Below, one piece after another: positions 30,631-44,055 of a DNA stretch of 64,000 bases. The translations under genes and the position numbers were made by a program. Within the stretch, counting starts at the first letter, position 1; the number at the start of each line of letters is the position of its first letter. A model generated the notes under the pieces. It was not told the DNA's origin, made no database searches, and saw nothing but the letters and a program-made list of their open reading frames with translations. This DNA comes from Flaccisagitta enflata (Eukaryota): NCBI GenBank assembly GCA_965153355.1, contig OZ231126.1:6510001-6574000 (forward strand), read 5' to 3'.

Positions 30631-30636
30631 AAATAC

Positions 30637-30944
30637 CTCGTCGTTGGTGCCGATGAACTGCCACTTGGTGGCGCCGCACCAGTAGCCATTGTTGCCACAG
30701 TGGTTGGTCTGACGTGGACGGAAAGAGACGCGTCCGGGTGAAATCGCCGTCTTGAATTCGTACCAAATGAGATGAGGGAATGGCACCCCATAACCACCAG
30801 CTCCGTTCTTATCCTGGCCACTGCTCCACATCTTGCCCGGTGAATGCAAGAAAGCATTCGAAGGTTGATATGTGGAGCTCATGTCATAGCGTGAAGATGC
30901 ATCAGCGTGTCCGCCAATGAATTCGACTTGCTTCAGCACCTTGT
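30637..30944 (-). CDS. Internal exon of the discoidin/F5-8 type C-like protein (KVLKQVEFIGGHADASSRY...PSNAF...WSS...PFPHLIWYEF...VSFRPRQ...ATKWQFIGTNDE)
   Basis: (CT)n-CATAG acceptor, GAG|GTATTT donor, 308 nt phase 1->0; motif order ASS / P.NAF / W.S / P..IWY.F / RPR / W.F.G.ND / WT matches the galactose-binding-like fold pattern (recognised by eye). Confidence 0.85.
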
Positions 30945-31325
30945 CTATGAGAGAGAGAGAGGGTACTTCAGGGTACATCAGGGTACTTTAGGATACTTAG
31001 ATTACTCTAGCTACTTATGAAACTCTCTGGTATTTTTGGGTATTTTTGGGTATTTTGGGTAATTTTGGGTACTTTTGGGTACAATACTCTATCGAATCGT
31101 ACCAATATCGTATCGATACATTGAGCAATACGTATTGCACGGCCTTGCACTATATGAGCTGAGCGACTCAAGGAATGCAAACGTCTTATGTTGGCAAAAA
31201 AGCAAATTGTATTTCTTTTAAGTGTTCATAGATGTCCCCGTGATTGTTTCTTCAAGAACTTGCAATGATTTAAAAAAGATCATCCAAAAATTAGCCCCCT
31301 CCTCATCTTCCTCACTCCGCCTTAC

Positions 31326-31386
31326 AACTCTTCAGCTTCTCCTCTTCTCTTAATGATTGAGAACTAATTTCATTGTGAACCGCACT
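31326..31386 (-). CDS. Candidate small internal exon (SAVHNEISSQSLREEEKLKS) of the same gene
   Basis: TTGCAG acceptor, GTAAGG donor, open in phase 0->1, compatible with the phase-1 start of the 30944 exon. Confidence 0.45.
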
Positions 31387-31499
31387 CTGCAATTCACTTT
31401 AACTTGCCTCTTGAATTTTTTCTATTTTTAAAATTGTTTTGCATGCAAGATTTAAAATAACCAAAAGACTTAAAATGAATAATATGAAATGTGTTGAAA

Positions 31500-32236
31500 T
31501 GAGAAATATGACAAAATTGATTAAAATGACAAAAATAACTTAAAATGCCTTGTGATAGTTTGGGACTTAAAATAACCTAGAATGACTTAGAACAACTTAA
31601 AACAGCATAAATGACTAAAATGACAAAAACAACTGAAATGAAAAAAATGACTAAAATGACTAAAATGACAAAAATGACAAAATGACAAAATGATGAAAAT
31701 GACAAAATGCTAAAAATTACTAAAATGACAAAAATGATAAAAATGACAAAAATGACTGAAATAACTGAAATGATTAAAATGACTAAGATGTCTAAAACAA
31801 TTAAAATGATTAAAATTACTAAAATGACTAAAATGACAAAAATGACAAAAATGACAATTTAACAAAAATGACAAAAAAAAAAAAAAAACAAACAAATATA
31901 ACAAAAATAACTGAAATGACAAAAATAACTGAAATGATTAAAAGGACAAAATGACAAAAATAACATAAATAACAAAAATGACTAAAATGACAAAATAACA
32001 AAAATGATTGAAATGATTGAAATGACTAAAATGACTAAAATGGTTAAAATGACTATAATGACTAAAATAACAAAAATGATTAAAATGATTAAAATGACAA
32101 AAATAATTAAAATAATTAAAATGACTAAAATGACTAGAATAACAAAAATAATAAAAATGACAAAAGTGATGAAAGTGATTAGAGTGACTAAAGTGACAAA
32201 AGTGACTAAAGTGACAAAAGTGACTAAAGTGATTAA
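31500..32236. repeat. Degenerate 9-10 bp (AAAATGACT/AAAATGACA)n repeat; resumes 32632-32850
   Basis: Directly visible; the reverse complement of this motif is found inside the HINE at 49915-50325. Confidence 0.9.
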
Positions 32237-32628
32237 GTCAAGGTGCACACGAAGGGGCAATTTTCGTGGTCAAAAGATATTCTAGAAAAAAGAATAAAAT
32301 GATGAATTCACATTTTTTGAAAAAGAAATCATATTTTTAGTATAAATCATTTATCTATTTGCATCGAGAATCATTTATGTGTTCAAAATCAGTTGGAAAA
32401 ATGGAGAGGAAAAAAAGAAAATTAGCCTCCATTCCTTGACTTGTTTTACATGAAATTCTTAATCTGTCTCTGAATGCATAAATTTGCATTTCTAAAAACA
32501 TGGCTTTATTTTAAAGACATTTAAAAAAGGGGCCATGTTCTTAGAAATGCAAAATTTTGCATTCAGAGACAGATTAAGAATTTCACGCGAAATGATTTTC
32601 CAAACTTGCTGTTCCTGTGCACTGCAAC
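32237..32628. mobile_element. TIR element flanked by TTAA with a strong internal palindrome; related to the 3692-4395 element
   Basis: TTAA|GTCAAGGTGCAC...GTGCACTGCAAC|TTAA; 32451-32504 inverted at ~32532-32585; shares TGCATTTCT..AACATGGC and AAATGCAAAATTTT with 3966-4070. Confidence 0.65.
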
Positions 32629-34614
32629 TTAAAGTGACAAAAGTTACGAGAGTGACAAAAGTGACAAGGTGATAAACGTGATAAAAGAGATAAAAGTGAC
32701 AAAAATGACAAAAATGACCAAAATGATCAAAATTACTAAAATGATTAAAATGAAGAAAATGGCTGAAATGACAAAAATGGTTTAAAATGACTTAGAATAA
32801 CATTAAATAACTTTACATAACATAAATGACAAAATTGACTTAAATAACAAATTTTTTCCCATATCCCTTAATTTGATGCTATGACATACTTTTATTTCCA
32901 TCATCGTCCTCATAAAGATATATCCTTATCTTTAAATAAAAAAAATTTATCTATATCTTATTAATAACCATAATTTTTATTTATTATAATCAAACTGAAT
33001 AGCAGTTAACATACAATGGCGAACGCCACTGGTTTACACAAACCGGCGATGCTTGAATCGATGATGATCCCAGTTTTGACTCACCACGATCGGCGCTCGC
33101 CATCAGCAGAAATGGATCGCTGAGTTGCAATGAGATTTCCAAAGGCTGGCCAAAACTGGACCATGAAACTATATATCTGGGTTCCTTATTCAATTCTCCA
33201 CACAGTGATGTAAAAATTTCCGTGGCAAAAGGCGGCAATGAAAAATTTTTTCTCTCCCATAGGAATGTATATTGAGACATTGAGACCATATTATCCATGC
33301 TAGATGTGCTCATAGCAAGTTGAAACTTAACGATGACATCAAGAACACTTGTATTGATATTGTTCAATGGTTGTATTCAATGAGAAAAATATTGCCTTTT
33401 TTTTCGCTAAAAAAAACCACTCCAGACAGTGTGCCTTGGAGGGGAGGAACAAAAGGAAGGGAGGAAGGGAGGGAGTACAGGAAGAAATGAATGAATGCAA
33501 GGGAGGAAGGAAGGAAGGAAGGAAGGAAGGAAGGAAGGAAGGAAGAAAGGAAGAAAGGAAGAAAGGAAGAAAGGAAAAAAGGAAGGAATGAAGGACGGGA
33601 GGAAGGAAAGTTGTGTAAATGTGTGAATATGCATGCGATTGTGTGTGTATCGTGCACGCGACTGTTGGCCTGTTGGGCTTGTTATGTTTAGTGTTGACTC
33701 TTCAAACTGGCTGGCAGCCAGTCAGTTGGTCATTCATTCAAGTTTGAAGTTCTTTTTTGATGTCCAGTGTCTACAGATCCAAACTGTAAGGTTGACCGAG
33801 CATTTCCATTTTCCAATGAAAGTTGGACAACATTACTACTCACTGAGTAGTACTCAGTCCCTATCTTACTTAAGGATGAGAGTCTTTGGAGCTCTCAATG
33901 GTGATTATTCCGGACCCATCGCAACTATCCTTTTTGGGCAGCGGCTCCAAAGGGGACGAAGTCCTGAAGAACACAGATTCAAGGCCTGAGACTCTCAGTG
34001 AGAGGGCAGATTTCAGGCCTGAGAGGATAGATATTAGGCCTCAGAGAGCAGATTTCAGGCCTGGGAGGGCAGAATACAGGTCTGAGAGAGCCTGGGGGGG
34101 AAAGATGGATGGACGGACGAAAAAAAGTCCCTTTGGGTTCTACAGGACTTCCTCCCCTTTGGGGCCGCTGCCCTGCTTTTCCTCAATTCAATTCACAATT
34201 TCGTGCAAAGCAGGGCAATGGGTATCGCTGACTACATATTGCCCTTGGGCGACCTGTTAGTTATCAGTCAATAACAATTAAGACCATATTAGCATTATTA
34301 TAAAATTATTAAAAAAATACAATCCCATCAATAGAAAAAATCAATAATTTTCACCTGTTTGCTACAAGTGCCAGTGACAAGGAAGAGCACCAGATAAGTG
34401 TGCTGACCGGTAGGGCCTAATCCAAGTATCCCTCACATCCATCTGATCCTCCCATTGTAAAAGGCTCAACCCATAGCCTAAAATCAAAATTTTAGTTTTT
34501 TAAAACTTGCTAAACTAAGTATATAGTCAACCAACCTAGAGACTAAACGACCAACCACCATCAAACTATTTAAACATTGAATTGATCAACAAGGACGAAT
34601 TAGACATTACTCAC

Positions 34615-34696
34615 TTGGAAAAGGTTCTGCGACATCATCCGCGTTTATCGCCAGCAAATTCATCAAAATAGCCAGCTTGATGGCGTTGAACAGCAT
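34615..34696 (-). CDS. First coding exon encoding a signal peptide (MLFNAIKLAILMNLLAINADDVAEPFP) of the discoidin-like gene
   Basis: ATC-ATG start, hydrophobic core with I-N-A|D cleavage-like site, consensus GTGAGT donor at 34614, phase 1 matches the exon at 30944. Confidence 0.75.
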
Positions 34697-35909
34697 GATT
34701 CCGATTGAATTGCTATTGATACTTAGTATTCTAAATGAACTTCAGAGTATTGTTCTTCAACCTATTTGAAAAACCAGGGATGTTCTTTTTGATTTTTAGG
34801 GAAGAAAAAATTGCAGGTTTTGGTTGCTAAGAAACTGGTTATATACTTCAAGAACTAAAAAAAAGCATTACCGTTATATGATTCAAATGGCAAACATCAA
34901 AACCTTTAAAGCTGAAATAGTATATTGCTGTAAACTGCCAGGATTTTTTTAAAAATGGGGAAAGTCTTTCAAAAAAAGAAAAAAAAATCTGTGAAATCAT
35001 TTCACATTCTTGGTAAAGAATTACCTATACATAAATCATAACCTTCAAAGGAACTGAAAAGTAAGTTGTTATGATCAAAAAATTACATTGGGTCTTCCAA
35101 TATAGAGCTATTTTAGGCTAGCAAAAGCTGACCTAATTTTTGAATCTTTGGACGTTGTCTCCTATGAAATGTGCAACAAAAAGCATCTTACAAAAAACTT
35201 GAAGAAAAATGTTTTTTCAAAATCAACTGAAAATCTGAAAATAAACAAAACATTCAAAAGTTACTTATTCCTGTATAGTATATGCCTCCACTCATATACT
35301 AACCTATCCAATCTTAGGTACGACCTAATTTTAGTTGTTGATGAATATCAAAACATTTGGATAAGTAATTTTTATGCAGAAAACAAGGCCTTTGTCTTAC
35401 TCTCAACAAAATCATTTTTCCATGTAAGCTATTGGGTTAGGGGATGAAAGTAGGCTCTGACTTCTGGCATTGACAGGGGTAGTCAATTCAGCAAGATTTA
35501 CATCTAATTTAAAAGAAGGAACTATGGGTGTCCGACATCCTAGTGGCTACCCTTACTCTTAATTAAATGAAGGGGGGTGGGACTAAGGACAATATATACT
35601 AAATTTTTGTTAAAGGGAAACCTTAGTGATTGGAGGAATGAGAATTCATCTTCAAGGAAGTTATATCATGGGATGATAGGTCACCATGAAGTGTAAAAGA
35701 TACTTTGCCATATTCAGAAAAGAATCTTATCTTTTTAAAAAATATTACTATATCCAGTTTCATATCATCAGTTGGAAATCTGCACCCTAGACTGAGTTTT
35801 GGTCCATTAACTCCAATACTCAGGTGCAGGCGGTCCCATAAAAGGTGCCCTCACTGGATAAAGATAAAAACTTAAATATTTTCAAGTTAAAATTAGGATT
35901 TGTAAAATT

Positions 35910-36233
35910 CAGGCGTGTATAAAGTTAAGCATTTCCCCCCCCCCGGCGGGGGGGGAATAAAATCAAAGGGTTTGGAGATGGGGAAAAAAATCAAAAGCTA
36001 AAAAAAAAGAAAAAAGAAAATTTTTGTAGATTTAACACTTTTGGTAGTTCCAAATGGTAGTCTCTGATTACTACAACACATTTTAACACTATTTGAACCT
36101 ATAATATACTGTTTAATTGTCTTGTGGGGAAGAAAATCATAGATTTTGTAATGCGTCGCGACGCGTTGCGGGGAAGAAAAACAAAGGCAGGGGGGGAATA
36201 AAATCAAAAGCCGCTCAACTGTATACACCCCTG
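35910..36233. mobile_element. hAT-type MITE with perfect 8-bp TSD GTAAAATT
   Basis: GTAAAATT|CAGGCGTGTATAAAGTTAAGC ... GCTCAACTGTATACACCCCTG|GTAAAATT; internal direct repeat GGGGGGGAATAAAATCAAA. Confidence 0.9.
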
Positions 36234-37332
36234 GTAAAATTTTAGTGACAGTGAGGAACTGAATTTTTCGCTTTAACACAATGAGCTTTTAGATGAAAAT
36301 TTTCATTTAGGACTTGGCCGACTTGCCATTGATATAGTAATAAACGTCAAAAGACTATCAAAAGTCAAAAGAATAATGAGGAGAAGCCAATTGACCCACT
36401 CACACATTGAGACTTGTGATAATCAATTAAGATTCATCACGGTTATATATCTTTGATAAAAATGCTGGTATCATTATGGTTATAATTCAGCACAATATTG
36501 TTCCTATCTTTGAAAAAACGCAAACTAAGCCTTTTTAAATCTGCAAGTTTGTAACCCTACCTTAGGAGCCTCTCAGTTAAGTTTTTGCACTTGCACCTTG
36601 AAAGCCTGATAGCTAGAATTAATTCTTACAAATCTTATCATTTGACCATGGAAAACTTCTAATGCTGAATTTTTAGGAATACAGTTATCCATAAAAGGGA
36701 AATTTACTATATCAAAATTAAAATCATCCCTCTTATCAAAATACATTTATGGAAATATCAAATGATCCATTTTCAGATTTGATTCTCAGGTCCAGATAAG
36801 AAATACCGGTGCTGAAAAGGCTGTCTCAACCACTGTGTTACCACAGCACTAAATGGTTAGAGGTCAGCAAATCATTATAGCAGCAACTATTTCAATTGCC
36901 AATACAACTTTGCGCTTAAATTGGTAGTTTCCTCATCTCAGCCCATCCAATACTATCCATAACAAGTAACGTGGGGTTACAATACTGTTGCTTTCTGACT
37001 AAATCACTACAGACTGATATTGCGATGGAACAACAAACTGACGGACCAATTGAGCAATGGACGGACAGACCGATGGACCGCACTAATGAACCAATAGACC
37101 AATGAACCAATAGACCAATGGACCATCGGATGGTTGAAAGGACTCTTGATAAGACTTATTTTTAAGAGGATCTTACAAAGCCTTGAGTCCGCGACTACAA
37201 ACGCTTCATCTTTTTCTGGTTCATGAAGTATGACATCTGTTTTTTTCCCAACCAAAAAGCCAATTAATCAAGAATGCCGGTTATGATTTGATTTGGCCTT
37301 TGCTCTGTTTTATTCAGTTGAATTCATTTTTA

Positions 37333-37837
37333 ATTGCGGACACGCAACTCTATAAGAGGCTTTGTCCGTCTGTCCATTCGTTGGTCCGTCGGTAATGAAT
37401 GAGTCCAAAAGTGGAAAAACAAGCGTTTTCGAAGCTTTTGTGTATGTCTCTGTGTTGCCCACCCGTCTGCAACGATATTGTGACCCCGCGTCACTTGTTT
37501 TACATCAAGATTACTCGAATACAAGAAAGTCCCGCAGATTATTCTGACTGATAACGACTTGACGGAAGATTGAAAAAAATGCTTTTTGATTAACCTTAAA
37601 AAAAAACAAGGCCGGATACACGCCGATACACAGCTACCCCAGTTGCGTGCGGGTGGGCAGGGGCCATAATTAAGTTCAGTGGAACATTTGGGCAGGATCA
37701 ATAAGGCCAAAACCCCCATTAACGCCGAAAAAGTAAAGTGTGACGGACGGACGTATGTACGGACGGACGTAAGTACGGACAGACGGACCGACGGATGGAC
37801 CGACAAAACGGGGTGGAGAGTCGCGTAGCACGCGACT
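37333..37837. mobile_element. Two HINE-like copies in opposite orientation (37333-37498 +, 37607-37837 -)
   Basis: TTGCGGACACGCAA hairpin ... GTGACCCCGCGTCACTTG; and the reverse complement of the 22553 element. Confidence 0.8.
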
Positions 37838-38534
37838 AAAAAATCAACCTTAAAAACGTTTGTGTCTCCCGGTTTCTATGATACTTCTTCGTAACCAAAC
37901 TGGAACAACAATCCTCAGTCGAAAATCACCCTTTAGCTTAGTTGTTTATACCCACTATGATGAATTAGACTATAGTCTGACCGCCTTATTTTTGTAAGTT
38001 TTTCATAGAATAGAATAAAATCTTGAGAAAAACAAAGTATGATAACACTTCAGGACTGGTTAACTGTCACTCCCGGAGCCTCCCTCCATTTTGCTGGGTT
38101 TTGACTTTACCTGGATCTATGTGCACAGGCCTGTCTTGGAGGCCAAAATCCAAGGCTGAATATCCCAAAACCTGGTCCAATGTTCTGAATCCTAGCTTTC
38201 AAGACCCAAATCGTGGCCCTGAGGTCCAGATTTTGGCCTCTGAGACCCAGATTATGGCTTTCGAATTCCGAGACCCAGATTCTGGCCTACATCAAGGTCC
38301 CAGTTTGAATCAGAGATGCGTTATAAAAAAGATAAAGCACTTTATGAAACTTTTTTTATGGAAGATTTTCCTCCTATCAATCTCATCTTTCAGAGGAAAT
38401 TAGGCATCAAAGTGGAGAGATTAGAGAGTTACAGCTTTAGTTTCTTACGGCAGAAAACGGAAATGACTGCAGCTAAACCCAGCAATAATCAATGTAAAAA
38501 AAAATTGTCTCTTACCATTTACGACAGAGGTATA

Positions 38535-39293
38535 CACCGTCTTTAAATCGAAATGGCAAATAGTAAACCTTTGTAGCTCTAAAACTACTAGCCCAAAAGC
38601 CTTCAAATTTTCAGTGAATGTCGGTAACAACTGACCATTTTGTCATGTCCAAACTCGGATTTTAATACTGAATAGTTTGGGGTCAGTAAAACAAACAAGA
38701 TATGCCCAATTTTCAGGGCTGAATTTTTTTTCTTGCTTTATTTGAAAAGACTTGTCTTTATCAATATACAGATGTCAAAAAAATTGAGCTAGAACTCCGG
38801 GGTTGGTCTCAAATGATAGGAAATTTTTCAGAGATTAAACATTTACCTAAAAAATTGAAAAAAGTTGGATATAGATTGAGGTTATCATTGGTTTTTAGCA
38901 ATCATTGCTGAAATCCAAACTGTCAATCATTTGAAAATCATTCAAATCTTCATAAATACAATAAAAAAATGAAATTTTCAAGCAGAACTTTTTTTCATGA
39001 TTCGTAACTCTTCATTTAAGACCAACCCCAGGGTTCAAGTTTGCTTATTCAGGAAAAAAGCATTAAAAGAAAAAAGATTCTTCAAAGTATAGCTGGGACA
39101 AATTTTTTTTCCATTTAATTGATAGCTTTTCAATGCTTTAATGACCCTCAACCTATTCAGTTATAAAATCTGAGTTTTGGCATGACAAAATGGTCAGTTG
39201 TTACTAACATTCACTGAAAATTTGAAGGCTTTTAGGCTAGAAGTTATGGAGCAACAAAGGTTTACAATTTGCCATTTCGATTCAAAGACGGTG
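38535..39293. mobile_element. 759-bp MITE with ~130-bp TIRs and TA TSD; left-truncated second copy at 53427-54142
   Basis: TA|CACCGTCTTTAAATCGAAATGGCAAAT ... ATTTGCCATTTCGATTCAAAGACGGTG|TA; interior colinear with 53427-54142. Confidence 0.9.
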
Positions 39294-39358
39294 TATTTCG
39301 ACTATTTCAACGAATATTTCAAAAATATGTCTTACACTCTGTGGGACTCCTGTACAGT

Positions 39359-39648
39359 CAGTGGACAAAACACTATAGGTATATATATCATACCACTGGC
39401 TTTGATCCAACATACTGCTCAAAAAACAAAATATTGTATACGACAAACAGTTGCTCAAGTTACAGCCGGCTGTAACAAACAAAATGTTGTATTCAACAAC
39501 TGGTTGTTAGAATTACAGCTGGCTATAATGCTACAATTTTGTAACATTACAGCCGAGTGTTATTTAAACCATTGGTTGTTGCATACAATTTTTTGTTTGG
39601 ATCAAAACTAACAGTATGATATACATACATATAATGTTTTGTCCGCTG
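39359..39648. mobile_element. Small palindromic MITE
   Basis: CAGTGGACAAAACA..TATATCATAC..TTTGATCCAA vs TTGGATCAAA..GTATGATATA..TGTTTTGTCCGCTG. Confidence 0.7.
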
Positions 39649-39674
39649 TGTAGGCATCCACAACCGCCTTTATA

Positions 39675-40579
39675 ACAGGGTGTGCAAAATTATCCGCAAT
39701 TGCTTCCTGGAAAGAAAAGTGTACTTAAAACTGACCCAGCATTATGAACTTTGGACCAGAGTGCCCCAGTTAGTCATCCTAGAAGCTAGAATTGATTGCA
39801 GGTTTTCTCTGTACCCCTTGTAAGTATAGGAGACAAATGATTTAAAGCAAAGATTTTGAATTTGACAGGATTATATTTCATTGGCAAAATCGGTTACAAT
39901 ATCATAATCTTTTATATTTGTGACCACTGAATAATGATTTTTTTGGCTTGGCACACATCATGCTGAAGGTAGTTAATCATATCAACATGAATGGAGCTCA
40001 CTAAAGCAAATAAACTAGGCCTAAAGAGTATGAACAAGGCCGGATACACTGCAATCCAGTTGCGGACAGTTGGGTAGGAGCAGTGATGCAAAAACCACTC
40101 AGAATTCAAAAATGTGACGGACCGACCAACCGACGGACCGATCTACCGACTGACATGGCAAGGTGTAGAGTCACGTGTCCACGACTAAAAACTGATAACA
40201 GAATTTCAGATTATTTTGATGAAACATTTTTGGGAATGTTGTATTAGGGTAAGATATATCTGAAAAATTTTATTACTGACTTAGTGAATTTTAGTTTTGA
40301 ATATTAACAAGGTCGGATACACGGCAATCCAGTCGCGGACGGTTGGGCAGGAGCAGTAATGCGAAAAACGCTCGGAATTCAAAAATGTGACGGACCGACC
40401 GATGGACGGACCGACGGACCGACATACCGACCTACCGACCGACATGCATGGTAAGGTTTAGAGTCCGCGACTAAAAAGGATACTTTTTCATACTTACCAC
40501 TCATGCTGTCATAAATCCTTATCTTCTAGTATTTTTAAGAAAGGTAAAAGCCAATTGCGGAAAATTTTGCACACCCTGT
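39675..40579. mobile_element. TA-flanked MITE (ACAGGGTG termini) containing two nested HINE copies (40034-40186, 40308-40472)
   Basis: TA|ACAGGGTGTGCAAAATTATCCGCAATTG ... CAATTGCGGAAAATTTTGCACACCCTGT|TA. Confidence 0.85.
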
Positions 40580-41076
40580 TAAGCTTGTGCACTTTGAAAA
40601 CATTGGTCGATTTGGTGGAATTTTTTGATACATCATACCTACATATTTTTTCTCACTTGTTTAAGCATGCTGAGCGTGTTTTTTGCACCGTCACGATGTC
40701 CCACGGTCAATAAGACGGTAAAACAACGTTAAAACGCCAATTACGTGCGGGCGAACATTTTTTCCGAAGAAAGTTTCAAAAGTGATGTGTTTTAACATGT
40801 TCTTCTTTTTCGAGTTCGTTATGAATTGTAATTGAAGTGGCAAAGGCCTTATTTGAATTTTCTTATTTCTTTATTCTTGGAGCAAATTTTGTTGTGTGCT
40901 GATCCCCGAGAGAGTTATTTAAGTATTGGTCAAATCTAATGATCCCATCTTCCCGATCCCGAAAAAAAGCGTGACATTTCAAGTGCGATCTTATTAACGT
41001 GAGTCAAATATGACATGTGATCGTGTATCAGTGACCAACGGATGGACGGAGCCTCTAATAAATGGTCGCGATAGCC

Positions 41077-41755
<679 letters not shown>

Positions 41756-41834
41756 CGTTTACTACCGCGGCAACCTAATTGCGCGTTTCCACACTTTTCA
41801 ACACAACCAACCAACGATCAGATAGTCTTCCACA

Positions 41835-42282
41835 CTTGCAGGGGGGCAGGGGCCGTATTTGAGGTCACTTGATCATTTGAGCAGGAGCAGTGATGCCAAA
41901 AAAACGCAAAAACCCGAAAAAAAGTAAAGTGTGACGGACGGACAGACGGAACGACGGATTGACGGATGGACGGGTGGACGGACGGACGGACGGATGGACG
42001 GACAGACGGATTTACGGACCGACAGAGTGGAATGTAGAGTCGCGTAGCACGCGACTAAAAAGTCTCTTATAAAATAACAAGGCCAACACCAATAAGTCGC
42101 GTGCGAGACTTACAGATTGACTTAGAATGACTTAGAATAACTCAGTATACTCTTAAATGATTTTAAATGACTTAAAAAAATAAAATTGATAGAAAAAGTA
42201 AAAGTGTGACGGACCGACAGACCTACCAACCAACCGACGGACAAACGGACAAGGCGGGGTGTAGAGTCACGTGCACGCGACT
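41835..42282 (-). mobile_element. Two tandem HINE-like copies
   Basis: (GGAC)n then AGAGTCGCGTAGCACGCGACTAAAA; CAAGGCCAACACC...GAGTCACGTGCACGCGACTAAAA. Confidence 0.75.
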
Positions 42283-42371
42283 AAAAAGTGTATTTGTGAT
42301 TCTGCGACTGAAAAACACCCGCAATGGAGCGATTTTACTGACGGGCGAACTCTTGGATGGCGTGATGGATG

Positions 42372-43305
42372 TGTCGAGCCGGCCCGTTTTGTCAAGCTGG
42401 CTTATTTTGTCGAGTTGGCCCATTTCGTCGAGTTGGCCCATTTTGTCGAGTTGGCCCATTTTGTCGAGTTGGCCCATTTTGTCGAGTTGGCCCATTTTGT
42501 CGAGTTGGCCCATTTTGTCGAGTTGGCCCATTTTGTCGAGTTGGCCCATTTTGTCGAGTTGGCCCATTTTGTCGAGTTGGCCCATTTTGTCAAGTCGGCC
42601 CATTTTGTCAAGTCGGCCCATTTTGTCGAGGCGGCCCGTTTTGTCGAGTCGGCCCGTCTTGTCGAGTCGGCCCGTTTTGTTGAGTCAGCCCGTTTTGTCG
42701 AGTTGTCCTGTTTTGTCAAGTTGGCCCATTTTGTCGAGTCGGCCCATTTTGTCGAGTCGGCCCATTTTGTCGAGTCGGCCCGTTTTGTCGAGTCGGCCTG
42801 TTTTGTCGAGTCGGCCCATTTTGTCGAGTAGGCCCGTTTTGTCAAGTCGGCCCGTTTTGTCGAGTCGGCCCGTTTTGTCGAGTCGGCCCGTTTTGTCGAG
42901 TCGGCCCGTTTTGTCGAGTCGGCCCGTTTTGTCGAGTCGGCCAGTTTTGTTGAGTCGGCCAGTTTTGTCAAGTCTCCCTGTTTTGTCGAGTCGGCCCGTT
43001 TTGTCGAGTCGGCCCGTTTTGTCGAGTCGGCCAGTTTTGTCGAGTCGGCCCATTTTGTCGAGTCGGCCCGTTTTGTCGAGTCGGCCCATTTTGTCGAGTC
43101 GGCCCGTTTTGTCAAGTCGGCCCATTTTGTCGAGTCGGTCCATTTTGTCAAGTCGGCCCATTTTGTCAAGAGGGCCGTTCTGTCAAGTTGGCCCGTTCTG
43201 TCGAGTCGGCCTGTTTTATCGAGTCGGCCCGTTTTCTCGAGTCAGCCCGTTTTGTAGAGTTGGCCCGTTTTCTCGAGTCGGCCCGTTTTGTCGAGTCGGC
43301 CCGTT
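42372..43305. repeat. 18-bp minisatellite (~52 copies)
   Basis: TTTTGTCGAGT(T/C)GGCCC(A/G); variants are ordered along the array. Confidence 0.95.
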
Positions 43306-43777
43306 TAACGGCACTAGCTTAGAAGGTGATAAAGACCTGTTGAACACAGGGGGCCTTTATTCTGTTTCTTTGTTCGCCCCCCTGCAAATCAATTCAGTAT
43401 AAAAGACAACGGTCAGAATGCTTGTAGCTTTGTAAACAGTCGAACCTTTCCTGCAGGATGGGATAGTCTAACAGAATGAAGGTATGAACGACATTCGCAT
43501 TAAAATCGTCAATGAGTTGGTCGACGCACTCGGTCTGAGCCTCTTTCTTGGAGCAGCTCCTCCATTTATTCATCCGTTAGAATCATCATTGCCAAGGCCT
43601 GGACCTATTTGATGCAACTCAAAACTGGATTTTGCATTCGCCAGTCTACTACCCGCTTTGTCCGTCCATTGGTCCGTTTGTTTACTTTTTTCTACTTTTT
43701 CGGCGTTCATGGTTGATCATTGCATCACTGCTCCTGCCAACTGCCAACTGCCCCGGGTGTTCTTTAGAGAAACTGAA

Positions 43778-43861
<84 letters not shown>

Positions 43862-43902
43862 CGTGCGTGTGTGCGTGTATGCGTGCGTGTGTGCGTGTGT
43901 GC

Positions 43903-43945
<43 letters not shown>

Positions 43946-44055
43946 CGCGTGCGTTTCTTCTTAGTCACGTGCTAAGCGACCCTATACCCCGCTTTGTCCG
44001 CCTACTTTGCCACATAGTACGTCTGTCATACTTTTGCCGAGTATTCTGCCTTTTT

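Noticed and set aside
30274-30636. Metallothionein-like CCH-repeat tail of the 234-aa ORF
   Set aside because: Lies past the GT donor at 30636; it is intronic repeat, and the domain continues in the exon at 30343
35741-35780. Minus-strand CUGAUGA-UAU-GAAAC hammerhead-like core (also CTGATGA at ~614 and ~47319)
   Set aside because: Helix I does not pair and helix II is absent or misplaced
42206-43402. 398-aa (SSRPVL)n ORF
   Set aside because: 18-bp minisatellite; the ORF begins inside a HINE at a non-ATG codon
43310-43630. Non-repetitive stretch that might be an exon
   Set aside because: Only short open frames (under 60 aa), no recognisable motif or convincing splice pair
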